The notes under the pieces: model-generated
Told to the model about the DNA's origin: nothing
The model's input: the letters and a program-made list of their open reading frames with translations, nothing else
Databases searched by the model: none
Assembly: GCA_964618105.1 (NCBI GenBank)
Contig: CAZUAJ010000002.1
Span: 1 to 59,501 of the forward strand
Direction of reading: 5' to 3'
Source: an uncultured Clostridium sp.
Lineage (GTDB): Bacteria; Bacillota; Clostridia; TANB77; CAG-508
Length of the DNA: 59,501 bases
Position numbers and translations under genes: made by a program
Shown: piece after piece, positions 10,801-19,094 of the stretch
Layout: each line of letters starts with the position of its first letter
Numbering within the stretch: position 1 is the first letter of the stretch

Positions 10801-12787
10801 TTAATTCTCTTGCTTTTATGTTTGTGTTAAATATAATTATTGTTCCTTTATATTCAGCATCTATTGTATATTCTGTTTGTTTTCCTTCTAGTTCTACATT
10901 AATTACTATTTGTCCATTTTCTTTTACTAATTGTAAATCTTTTATTTTTAATCCATTTGACATTAAAATATCATAGCTATTTATTTTGAATTTTGAAATA
11001 TGTTCAGGAAATTTTATTTTTAATTTTGTATTTGAGTATAAAGCATTGTTCACACTTGATGTGTCTAGTACTGCTCTTATTTCTACATTTTCATTTTCTA
11101 CAGCTGTTGTTAAGTCTTGTTTGTTTACTTCAACACTTATAATTGTTTTTGGCTCTGCTAATGATATTTCAGTTGTTTCATTGTTTAGTTGTAAAGCTAA
11201 TTTAGTAAATGTTTTTAATTGTTGTTTTGAATAATTGATATCTTCTTTTATTGCTTTTTGTACATTAATAGTTAATTGTCCTTCTGTAACAGGTTTACTT
11301 GTTAATATTGTTAATTTATTGTTGTTTAATGAATTAATGTCTAATACATAATTATTATTTTCTACAGTTGATGTTTTATTTATAGTTCCGATTTTAGTTT
11401 TTTGCATATCATATATTTCAATTTTTCCTTCTTCTCCAAGGATTTTTTCAAATACATTTTTTGCTATAGTTATTGTTTTATTGTATGCATAGTTGTTATT
11501 TGATATTGTTGTTGAATTTTTTTCTCCATCTTTTGTTACAAATTGGTCAACTTTTTGTTCAAATTTTATTTCTTCTGTTAGTTGTGGTGCACTTACTATT
11601 GCATTATAACTTACATTGTATGTTGTTTCCTTTTTGCTTTTTGCATCATAGTTTGCATACATTTGTCCTTTTGCTATACTTGTTTCTGAACTAACACTAT
11701 AGTCTACTAATTCTCCTACTGTTTTATTTGCTTTTATTTCAGTATTAGTCTCTTCTATTTTTATGGTTTTGTCTTGATTACTATATACTTTTATGTTTCC
11801 ACTTATTTTTAAGTTTGTATCAATTCCGTGTTCAACAGAGAAGTCATGGATTTGCTTATTTTCATATACAAATGTAACTAAGTATTCGTCACTTACATTT
11901 TTAAGCCAAGCTATTTTATTGCTTAAGTTTTTAACATTAATTGTTAAGTTTCCTGTTTCTGCATTGTATGAATAGTTTTCGCTATTAAAGTTTAATCCAT
12001 TTTTTTCACCGTTTGTTGCTTCAGTTTTATTTGCAACTACTGTAACCAATGTTGGTTTATTATTATTAATTTCTGGAACTTGAATATTAAGTTCTGTTTC
12101 TTTTGTTGGTACAACGTTATCTTTTATTCCAGAATTTATTTTTGCTTGTAAAATAACTCCTTGTTTTTCTTCAGTAGCATAAGTAATGTATTTTGTTAAT
12201 TCTGCTTTTACTTCTGGTTTAATTTCATTGTCTGTTGTTACATCCCAAGAAAGCTTGTTTATAATTTCTTTTGAAACATTTTTTTCTTTTGCATTGCTAT
12301 TTATGTATGTTGCTGTAAATACAGTTTTTGTTTCTTTTGAAAAATTATCTACTGCTACTTCATTTGATTTTAAAATATTAATTGGTACCTCTATTTTTAC
12401 ATTAGAGCCACCATTTATTTTATTTAATAAAATTTTGTTGTTTTCTATATCAACATTTTGAATATTTAAATCGCTAATTGATTTATCAATTTCAAAGTTT
12501 GTATTTTGAAAGCTTATTACTCCTTTTTCTAAATAACCTTTTCCACTTACTTTAATGTCTAGATACATTTTGGCAGTTGAGTTCATTTTTTCTGTTTTAG
12601 TATGACTTCCATCTTCAAAATATGCATTAAATTCTACATTTTGTTCTTGTGTTTTAGAGTTTTGATTTAATATTTCATTTTCTGATAATGCATAGGTTAT
12701 TCCATAAACTCCTATAACTGACAAATTTGCGCTCATTAAGCACATTAGTAATAATACAGCTATTAGTTTTTTTAGTAGTTTGTTCAT
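7820..12787 (-). CDS. Giant cell-surface protein with DUF11/CARDB-like repeats, an SdrD-B-like domain and a C-terminal membrane anchor
   Basis: 1655 aa with N-terminal signal peptide (LIAVLLLMCLMSANLSVIG). Repeats include EGQIVKMKATIKNTGNLDATNAKVRIPLPEYTKF and ENVTYSFKITNSGKSTINNIKIKDSLPEGLTF (DUF11-type). Also TGTAWIDSNKNGMRDEEE...GKYQFDNLLPNEYFVIFDY. The C-terminus is GIVTGAQ + hydrophobic stretch + KKRVLNKN. Confidence 0.75.
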   Translation of the reverse strand: MNKLLKKLIAVLLLMCLMSANLSVIGVYGITYALSENEILNQNSKTQEQNVEFNAYFEDGSHTKTEKMNSTAKMYLDIKVSGKGYLEKGVISFQNTNFEIDKSISDLNIQNVDIENNKILLNKINGGSNVKIEVPINILKSNEVAVDNFSKETKTVFTATYINSNAKEKNVSKEIINKLSWDVTTDNEIKPEVKAELTKYITYATEEKQGVILQAKINSGIKDNVVPTKETELNIQVPEINNNKPTLVTVVANKTEATNGEKNGLNFNSENYSYNAETGNLTINVKNLSNKIAWLKNVSDEYLVTFVYENKQIHDFSVEHGIDTNLKISGNIKVYSNQDKTIKIEETNTEIKANKTVGELVDYSVSSETSIAKGQMYANYDAKSKKETTYNVSYNAIVSAPQLTEEIKFEQKVDQFVTKDGEKNSTTISNNNYAYNKTITIAKNVFEKILGEEGKIEIYDMQKTKIGTINKTSTVENNNYVLDINSLNNNKLTILTSKPVTEGQLTINVQKAIKEDINYSKQQLKTFTKLALQLNNETTEISLAEPKTIISVEVNKQDLTTAVENENVEIRAVLDTSSVNNALYSNTKLKIKFPEHISKFKINSYDILMSNGLKIKDLQLVKENGQIVINVELEGKQTEYTIDAEYKGTIIIFNTNIKARELTPNNENKITMEYVNSNDVATNAKGTVETKLNFVAPQGIITANGVSNYAKGEKELLSISNEGITGTIKTYTEKRTATITGKVINNYNNNIKDIVILGRIPVKGNKEIDTEKELGSTFSTKLVGNVTLKGIDTSKYTVYYSENAEATKELNESNNWNTEKTANVQSYMIVLNDYEMKNGETLEIIYQIEIPEGITYNNTVNEVYKVYYTNISTLGEIFESKTAPIVKLTTGSGPELSIELKSTAETVREGQIVKMKATIKNTGNLDATNAKVRIPLPEYTKFIDYVTGNGFFEIDDTTKTINIGTIKVGESKEICYYLKMNKSSALSTAEDITKEELNEKTRFPKVVSNKIYVSSNGLEGEIPSNECTINLQEGKIEINMSSNIAEDIVLKNGESIEYTINVKNISRSGKLINTVITIPLPKGTTYKDAIIKESWSSENGTTEGITYDKTSNVLTIKIDTIDIKKVIMLNIGIEKFEGNISLMAKAKAEGTEEHYSNISEYALEIIDLKISELTSTPKYIKETENVTYSFKITNSGKSTINNIKIKDSLPEGLTFEEAIYEYAGKEQKTNKLNNGKVEITITSLEVGESKEIKIIAKANLLPDKNDKQIINNVLISANGLNETATNSVTNIIEYNEEAHKLPTTPSNPSNPTTSTYKITGTAWIDSNKNGMRDEEEELLSNIKVMLAYKKTSKIVKDTQTDAEKITTTDSQGKYQFDNLLPNEYFVIFDYGNGIYNLTEYKKKGVDETLNSDVIDINMTVNGVKTIVGISDSIKITNSNIRDIDIGVYVAEKFDLKLDKYITKITRTTPTSGTETFEYNDVKNTKIEVLKQNLGKSSIVIEYKIVVTNQGGVAGYAKKIADYLPKGVVFNTELNKDWYLAKDGNVYNTSLENTVINPGESKEVTLILLKQITEDSIGILNNNAEIYESYNEQGLKDIDSTIANKQEDEDDMSKADIVIGIVTGAQITFYVVLMLAVVAIIGFGIFEIKKRVLNKN

Positions 12788-13114
12788 AGCTTCCTCCTTA
12801 TATTTTTTATATTACATCATATTTTATTATACGACATTTTTTCGCATTTTTCAATGTTTTTGCAAGTTTTTTAATTACTTTTTTTGTAATTTTTTCTTAT
12901 ATTTATAATTATATGCTTATATTTTATCATTTTTATGCTTTTTTTCAATTAAAAACTGCTTATAAATAGCTAAAAAAGCGGTGTTTTACTTACGGAAATT
13001 CTATAAATATTTGAAATATTAAATTTGTATTACATTTTTTAATTATTCACATTTTTAAGCTTGTTACATATAATATTATAGTCTTTAAAACATATATTAT
13101 ATTGAGGTGATTAT

Positions 13115-13273
13115 ATGAATAACAAAATTGATATGGCACAACTTATGAACATAATTTCTAAAATGGACAAAAAAGATTTAGAAAATAATCTTTCTAAAGT
13201 TAGTCAAATGCTTAATTCTAAAGATGCTGACAACATTATAAGTCAAATAAAAAAGAATAATAATATTAACTAA
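13115..13273 (+). CDS. Small hypothetical protein (52 aa), not in the ORF track
   Basis: ATG at 13115 follows GAGGTGATTAT. Translation MNNKIDMAQLMNIISKMDKKDLENNLSKVSQMLNSKDADNIISQIKKNNNIN. It is followed 15 nt later by the next + strand gene. Confidence 0.4.
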   Translation: MNNKIDMAQLMNIISKMDKKDLENNLSKVSQMLNSKDADNIISQIKKNNNIN

Positions 13274-13288
13274 TATGGAGGGAATTTT

Positions 13289-13678
13289 ATGAGTGAAGAT
13301 ATGTCAGAAATTTTACAAAAAATGAATGAAATGCTTAAAAATAATGAAATACCAGATTCTATAAAAAACATGATGGGTAATTTAAATTTAAATTCAGATG
13401 GCATATCTTCTAAAAATTCTACGGAACAGGACACTTCAGAAAATTCTGATTCAAATATGCCAAATTTTGATATTGACACTATGTTGAAAATGAAGTCTAT
13501 TATTGATAATATGAATAAAACTCAAAATGACCCTAGGGCTAATTTGCTTAGGTCTTTAAAACCGTATTTGAAAAAAAGCAGAAAGGATAAAGTTGACCAG
13601 TATATAAAATTATTTAGTATGGGAAAAGCTTTTGAAATTTTAAATCCTTTAGGTGGTGATAAGAAAAATGATGTATAA
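13289..13678 (+). CDS. Hypothetical protein (129 aa), acidic N-terminal part and basic helical C-terminal part
   Basis: ORF with GGAGGGAATTTT RBS. No family recognised by eye. Confidence 0.5.
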   Translation: MSEDMSEILQKMNEMLKNNEIPDSIKNMMGNLNLNSDGISSKNSTEQDTSENSDSNMPNFDIDTMLKMKSIIDNMNKTQNDPRANLLRSLKPYLKKSRKDKVDQYIKLFSMGKAFEILNPLGGDKKNDV

Positions 13679-14051
13679 TTACCCTTTTTCTAGTTTTCCA
13701 TATTTTAGAAGATATTCTACTTCTGCATATACATATACTCCAAAGCCTTCTACTTTTGTGCCACAAAGTCAAAGCAAAAACTTTGTTGGAAATTCCAAAA
13801 AAAATTTTAATAATAATTCAGATAATGTTTCCTCAAAAAAGCAGGATTCTTCATTTCATTGTGGACTTAGTTTTTTAGACAATTTTTTTAATCAACAAGA
13901 TAGAAATAAAGATGAAACATATTTTGATTTATTTGGATTAAAATTATATAATGATGATCTTTTACTTATTGGGCTTATTTTCTTTTTATATAAAGAAGAT
14001 GTTAAGGATAAATATTTATTTATTGCACTTATTTTATTGTTATTAAGCTAA
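13668..14051 (+). CDS. Hypothetical protein with C-terminal hydrophobic segments
   Basis: The ORF track starts at GTG 13653. ATG 13668 is better placed after AGGTGGTGA. The C-terminus is LLLIGLIFFLYKEDVKDKYLFIALILLLLS. Confidence 0.45.
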   Translation: MMYNYPFSSFPYFRRYSTSAYTYTPKPSTFVPQSQSKNFVGNSKKNFNNNSDNVSSKKQDSSFHCGLSFLDNFFNQQDRNKDETYFDLFGLKLYNDDLLLIGLIFFLYKEDVKDKYLFIALILLLLS

Positions 14052-14057
14052 AAATTG

Positions 14058-14097
14058 AATTCTAAATAATTTATTTTAAAATAAATTATTTAGAATT
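14058..14097. terminator. Bidirectional terminator (20-bp perfect palindrome) between convergent genes
   Basis: aattctaaataatttatttt / aaaataaattatttagaatt, flanked by A-run and T-run. Confidence 0.5.
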
Positions 14098-14109
14098 TTT
14101 AAGCTTTTA

Positions 14110-14532
14110 TTATATTAAAATAATTTCTCCTTCTTGATTTACATAAGCATAGGTTTTAGGTTCAGATTGTTCTTCATTGTTTTCACTTTTTTCAATTTCT
14201 TTTACAATGTCTGCAATACGAATTTGTACTGAATTTATAGAAACTGCTGCTATTATAGCTTCTTTATTTCCTTTTGCTCCTGCGTGTGCCATTCCTCTAA
14301 GGTTTCCAAGTACAACTATGTTTTCTTCTGCTAGCACTTCTGCTCCTGCATTTACATCTCCTATAATTACTAAACTACCTTCAAATTCAATTTTTTGACC
14401 AGACCTAAGTGAACCTTTATAAAATTTTGTATTTGATGTTGCAATTTCTTTATTAAAACTTTTTTTTATGCCATATAGTCCTAGTTTTTTTACTTCTTCA
14501 TTAGTTTCTAAATCTTTTTCCAAATTTTTCAT
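14110..14532 (-). CDS. minC: Septum site-determining protein MinC, short form (C-terminal domain only)
   Basis: LRSGQKIEFEGSLVIIGDVNAGAEVLAEENIVVLGNLRGMAHAGAKGNKEAIIAA...VQIRIADI matches the MinC C-terminal beta-helix domain. Only about 40 aa precede it. Confidence 0.75.
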   Translation of the reverse strand: MKNLEKDLETNEEVKKLGLYGIKKSFNKEIATSNTKFYKGSLRSGQKIEFEGSLVIIGDVNAGAEVLAEENIVVLGNLRGMAHAGAKGNKEAIIAAVSINSVQIRIADIVKEIEKSENNEEQSEPKTYAYVNQEGEIILI

Positions 14533-14556
14533 CGTTTTAAATCCCCTTTATTTAAA

Positions 14557-16644
14557 TTATCTATTAACTTGAGTAGATGGAATTGCACTAAGATCTTCAT
14601 TTACATTTTTAGCATTCATTCCAAAGTACTCTTTTATTATACTTTTTGCTGTATCTCCAACATTTCCTCCTGAGCCAGCATTTTCAATTAACACTACAAC
14701 CGCAATTTCTGGGTCATCATAAGGTGCAAACCCCGCAAACCAACCATTAACTTGATTGTTTATTCCTGTTTCTGCTGAACCAGTTTTTCCTCCAATTTCT
14801 ATTCCTAAGTCAGAAAAAACATAATATGCCGTTCCTCCTTCTTCACTTGTAACTCCTTTCATTCCTTTTAAAATAGCGTTTAAATTTTCTTTTTTTATAT
14901 TTAGGTCATCAATTTTTTGTATGTTTGTAATTCCTAATTTTTCATTAACTTTTTGTTCATATTCTTTTTTAGGAACCTTGTTTCCATCTGAATCTATAAT
15001 TGATTTTATTAAACTAACATCTACAGTTTTTCCACCATTTGCAATCATACTTGTATATCTTGCTATTTGAATTGGAGTATAGCTGTTATAGCTTTGTCCT
15101 ATAACTGCTGACAAAGTATCACCTAGTTGCCATTGCATATTTGTTGTGTCTTCACATTGTTTTTTTAGGTCAACTATTCCACTTATTTCTCCAGATAATT
15201 CAATTCCAGTTTTTATTCCTAATCCATAAGCTTTTGCATATTTAATTACTGGGTCTATTCCCATTTTATAACCTAGCTCATAGAAAAAATAATTGCAGGA
15301 TTTTTTTATTGCTTCTGTTACGTTTAAATAGCCATGTCCATAGTGCCTGTCTGTGTATATCCAACATGCTGGGTTATGTCCTCTTGGGTATATACCTGTA
15401 TCATTAATAGTTGTACTTGTTGTTATTATATTGTTTTCTAGTGCTGCTGTTGCAACTACCATTTTAAATACTGAGCCAGGTGCATATATTCCTGATATAG
15501 CTCTGTTATAATAATTATTGCCTTTATTATATTCTTCTAATTTTTTTTGACTTATTCCTGTTATAAATAGCTCTGGGTCATAGTCTGGATAACTTGCTAA
15601 TGCTAGTACTTCACCTGTTTTTACATTCATTACAATTGCCGCTCCTGCTTTTGCATTGTATTTTTCTCCATAATCTCCATTCGCTATTTTTTTTATGTTT
15701 TTTTCTAATGCTTGTTCTGTTACTTTTTGTAAATTTGCATCTATTGTTAATATTACAGTATGCCCTGCTTTTGCTTCTTCTGCAATATATTCTTCTGTAA
15801 TTGTTCCGTCTACAGACATGTCAACTTGTCTAACTCCGTCTTCACCTTTTAAATATTCTTCTAAAGTATATTGAATTCCTGTTTTCCCTATAATATCATT
15901 TATATCATATTTTTCTTTATTTGCATTGTATTCATCAGGTGAAATTGAGCTAACATAGCCTAATATGTGAGATGCCAAACTTCCATAAGGATATGTTACT
16001 ATAGGTGTAGTTACAACAGCTGTTCCTGGAAAGCTAATGCTTTGCTCTTTTATTTGATTAGCACTTAAATAACTAATGTTTTTTGATATTGTTACTGGTT
16101 TTATGTTGCTATAGCCATTTCGAGAAATTTCATATCTAACCACCATAATTTTTCTTGCTTTTTTTACATCTTGTTCGTTTATTTCATATCGTTCTTTTAA
16201 TAAATTAAAAGCTTCTTCTGCTGTTGCATTTTCATCAATACTGTATTCTCTTTTCCAACTTTTTTGATTTTCTTCATCTTTTGTTGTAAAAGCATAAGGT
16301 TCTACTGTAATTGGTAAATTATCATTGTATGTGTCTTTGTTTTTTTCTAGTAATGTTACCAAATTATATATTATCTTATTAAGTGTATCATTATCTAACT
16401 TTGTTTTGTATAGTTCTAAACAAAATCCAGTTTCAGTTGTTACTAATTTATTTCCTGAGCTGTCTGTTATATCTCCTCTTGCTGCCTTTACTGTCGATTC
16501 TCTTGAAAGCCTTGTATTTGATGTTTCTCTATATGTATTTCCTTGTATTATTTGAAGGTTAAAAAGTTGCGCTAATAAAATAACTCCAACTATATATATT
16601 ATCACCATTATTATGTTGTACCTTACATTTTTTGCTGGTTCCAC
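14557..16644 (-). CDS. mrdA: Penicillin-binding protein 2 (elongasome transpeptidase)
   Basis: 695 aa with N-terminal TM anchor. Has SxxK (SVFK) and KTG (GKTGSAE) motifs. Sits in the mreBCD-PBP2-minC order. Confidence 0.85.
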   Translation of the reverse strand: MEPAKNVRYNIIMVIIYIVGVILLAQLFNLQIIQGNTYRETSNTRLSRESTVKAARGDITDSSGNKLVTTETGFCLELYKTKLDNDTLNKIIYNLVTLLEKNKDTYNDNLPITVEPYAFTTKDEENQKSWKREYSIDENATAEEAFNLLKERYEINEQDVKKARKIMVVRYEISRNGYSNIKPVTISKNISYLSANQIKEQSISFPGTAVVTTPIVTYPYGSLASHILGYVSSISPDEYNANKEKYDINDIIGKTGIQYTLEEYLKGEDGVRQVDMSVDGTITEEYIAEEAKAGHTVILTIDANLQKVTEQALEKNIKKIANGDYGEKYNAKAGAAIVMNVKTGEVLALASYPDYDPELFITGISQKKLEEYNKGNNYYNRAISGIYAPGSVFKMVVATAALENNIITTSTTINDTGIYPRGHNPACWIYTDRHYGHGYLNVTEAIKKSCNYFFYELGYKMGIDPVIKYAKAYGLGIKTGIELSGEISGIVDLKKQCEDTTNMQWQLGDTLSAVIGQSYNSYTPIQIARYTSMIANGGKTVDVSLIKSIIDSDGNKVPKKEYEQKVNEKLGITNIQKIDDLNIKKENLNAILKGMKGVTSEEGGTAYYVFSDLGIEIGGKTGSAETGINNQVNGWFAGFAPYDDPEIAVVVLIENAGSGGNVGDTAKSIIKEYFGMNAKNVNEDLSAIPSTQVNR

Positions 16645-16656
16645 GTTTTTCCCCCC

Positions 16657-17214
16657 TTAATAATATCTTGATAATATTTTTTTAGTTTTAAAAATATCTT
16701 CTAATTTACTACCAATATTTTGAATAAGTGGATATAATATAATTGTTAAAATAATGTTAAAAATTATTTCAATTAGCAATATTTTTATAAATGGCAATAA
16801 CTCAATTATTATATTCCATTTTATTATTTGAAATATGTAATATCCTATTTCAAAAAATGCTGTTCCTATTGCAACTGTTATCATTATCATAAGTTTGTTA
16901 TCTTTTGAAAAGTTTTTTTCTAAGTATTCTGATATTAAACCTATTATTGCTAGCAAAAATGCTGATATTCCTATTGATTTTCCTAATAAAAAGTCAATAA
17001 CTAGTCCAAAAAAAATTCCTAATACAAAACCTGCTTTTTTTCCTACAAATAAACCTATAAATAGTACTAATATTATATATAAATTTGGCATTACACCGCC
17101 TATAGTAAACCATGTAAATAAGTTGGTTTGCAAAAAATATATTATAAAAAATGCAATTATTAAACTTATTATTGCTATTGTTTTTTTCATGTTCTTTCTT
17201 TTTCCTTCCAGCAT
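16657..17214 (-). CDS. mreD: Rod shape-determining protein MreD
   Basis: Polytopic hydrophobic protein directly after mreC. The true start may be the internal ATG at 17190 (MKKTIAI...). Confidence 0.7.
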   Translation of the reverse strand: MLEGKRKNMKKTIAIISLIIAFFIIYFLQTNLFTWFTIGGVMPNLYIILVLFIGLFVGKKAGFVLGIFFGLVIDFLLGKSIGISAFLLAIIGLISEYLEKNFSKDNKLMIMITVAIGTAFFEIGYYIFQIIKWNIIIELLPFIKILLIEIIFNIILTIILYPLIQNIGSKLEDIFKTKKILSRYY

Positions 17215-17225
17215 TTTCTTTTTAG

Positions 17226-18044
17226 TTATTCATTTGTAATAACCAATACTGTTTGCAATTTCGAGAAGTCAACCGCAGTTTCTATATAAGCATAACGGTC
17301 AATATTATTTTTTGTATTAACAATTTGCTTAATTGTTCCAATGTGAATACCTTTAGGGTAAATACCTCCTATTCCAGAAGTTTCTACATTGTCATTTTCT
17401 AATAATGTGGCATCTGTTGGTATATACGAAGCTTTTAGTGTATAGTTGTTTTCTAATGTACCATTTACAATAATAGCTTCTTTTGATGTACTAATAATAC
17501 TGCTTACTGATGTAGCACTGTCTATAATTGTTTGAACTTTAGCTGTATTTTCAGTTGTAGATATTACATAACCAACTAATCCTTTGTCTGCAATTACAGT
17601 CATTTTAGGTTTTATACCGTTTTTACTTCCAACATTTATTACTACTGTTTTTTCATAGTTATTTATATTTTTGTTTATAATGTAGGCAGGCAATGTTTTA
17701 TATTCCAAATATTTATCTTTTAAATTAACATATTCTTTTAATGTTTCATTTTCAGATTTTATTATTTCTAATTCTCTTAGTGACTGTTCTAATTCACTAT
17801 TTTTCTTTTTTAATTCTTCGTTTTCCGCTTCTAAGTTTTTTACATCTGTAAAAAACTTGTCATTTCCTTCTATTTTATTTTTTAAGTAAGTAAGTCCATT
17901 TTGAATTGGCATTACAATACTACTGAAAATGTTTTCTACAAATGATACCTTTTTCAATTCTGTATTTGATAGAACCACAATAATTATTAAAATAATAACT
18001 GTTATTATAATACCAACTAATCCTGTTTTTTTGTTTCTATACAT
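17226..18044 (-). CDS. mreC: Rod shape-determining protein MreC
   Basis: N-terminal TM, coiled coil (NLEAENEELKKKNSELEQ), then the beta-rich MreC domain. Lies between mreB and mreD. Confidence 0.85.
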   Translation of the reverse strand: MYRNKKTGLVGIIITVIILIIIVVLSNTELKKVSFVENIFSSIVMPIQNGLTYLKNKIEGNDKFFTDVKNLEAENEELKKKNSELEQSLRELEIIKSENETLKEYVNLKDKYLEYKTLPAYIINKNINNYEKTVVINVGSKNGIKPKMTVIADKGLVGYVISTTENTAKVQTIIDSATSVSSIISTSKEAIIVNGTLENNYTLKASYIPTDATLLENDNVETSGIGGIYPKGIHIGTIKQIVNTKNNIDRYAYIETAVDFSKLQTVLVITNE

Positions 18045-18065
18045 TGCTTCTCCTTAAAAATAAAC

Positions 18066-19094
18066 TTATCTTCTTCTAGAACTGTTTAATACTGTTCTTA
18101 ATTTTTCTAAATCTTCTAATGTTTTTTCTGCACCTTTAGCTACACATTCAAGTGGATGGTCTGCCACATATACTGGCATTTCTGTTTTTTCAGCTAATAA
18201 ACTGTCAAAATTTCTAATTAGTGCTCCACCGCCTGTTAGTACTATTCCTCTTTCCATAATGTCTGATGCAAGTTCTGGTGGTGTTTTTTCTAGTGTTTGT
18301 TTTATTATATCTATTATTTTTTCAATTGAATCTTGCATTGCTTCTTGTACTTGTGTTGATGTTATATACATTACTTCTGGAAGTCCTGTTGATAAGTTTC
18401 TTCCCCTTATTTCCATACTTTCTTCTGTTAGCAATGGTTTTACACATCCAAGAGTTATTTTTATTTGTTCTGCAGTGGTTTCACCTATTGCAAGGTTCAT
18501 TTCTCTTTTTACATAATTTATAATATCTTCATTTAATTCATCTCCAGCTATTCTTAGTGAGTTACTAATTACAATTCCTCCTAAAGAAATAACTGCTACT
18601 TCTGTTGTTCCACCACCAATATCTACTATAATATTTCCATTTGGCTCAGCCACTTCTAAATTAGCTCCTATTGCTGCTGCCATTGGTTCTTCAATTATAT
18701 ATACTTCTTTTGCACCTGCTTGAATTACAGATTCTTCAACTGCTCTTTCTTCTACTTCTGTAATTCCAGAAGGAACTCCTACTACTACTCTTGGTCTTCC
18801 AGCATTGTACCTTTGGCATACTTTTTGAAGCATTGATTTAAGCATCAGTTGTGTTGCAGTATAGTCTGCTATTACTCCATCTTTTAAAGGTCTAACTGCT
18901 AATATTTCATTTGGTGTTCTTCCTAGCATTTCTTTCGCCTCTGAACCAGTTGCTATTATTTCTCCATTATTTTTATCTATTGCAACAACTGATGGTTCAT
19001 TTAAAACAATTCCTTTTCCTTTAATAGTAATAATAATGTTAGCTGTTCCTAAGTCTACCCCTATGTCTTTTGAATTCCACCCTAATAATTTCAT
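18066..19094 (-). CDS. mreB: Rod shape-determining protein MreB (actin-like ATPase)
   Basis: DIGVDLGTANIII..., IVDIGGGTTEVAVISLGG and GIVLTGGGALIRNFD are hallmark MreB motifs. Confidence 0.95.
   Translation of the reverse strand: MKLLGWNSKDIGVDLGTANIIITIKGKGIVLNEPSVVAIDKNNGEIIATGSEAKEMLGRTPNEILAVRPLKDGVIADYTATQLMLKSMLQKVCQRYNAGRPRVVVGVPSGITEVEERAVEESVIQAGAKEVYIIEEPMAAAIGANLEVAEPNGNIIVDIGGGTTEVAVISLGGIVISNSLRIAGDELNEDIINYVKREMNLAIGETTAEQIKITLGCVKPLLTEESMEIRGRNLSTGLPEVMYITSTQVQEAMQDSIEKIIDIIKQTLEKTPPELASDIMERGIVLTGGGALIRNFDSLLAEKTEMPVYVADHPLECVAKGAEKTLEDLEKLRTVLNSSRRR

Noticed and set aside
17-12461. Many + strand ORFs of 60-150 aa in the track (for example 130..432, 8763..9227, 9486..9860), rich in Leu/Phe/Ser/Ile
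   Set aside because: They lie antisense to long, well-supported minus-strand genes (pilin-like gene, spoIIE, the two adhesins). They have low-complexity composition typical of the reverse frame of AT-rich coding DNA, and they lack RBS sequences. The same reasoning applies to the other antisense track ORFs inside pcrA, prfA, dnaX, murA and similar genes.
3242-12787. Diversity-generating retroelement acting on the giant adhesins
   Set aside because: There is no reverse transcriptase gene and no template/variable repeat pair with adenine-specific differences visible in or near the genes.
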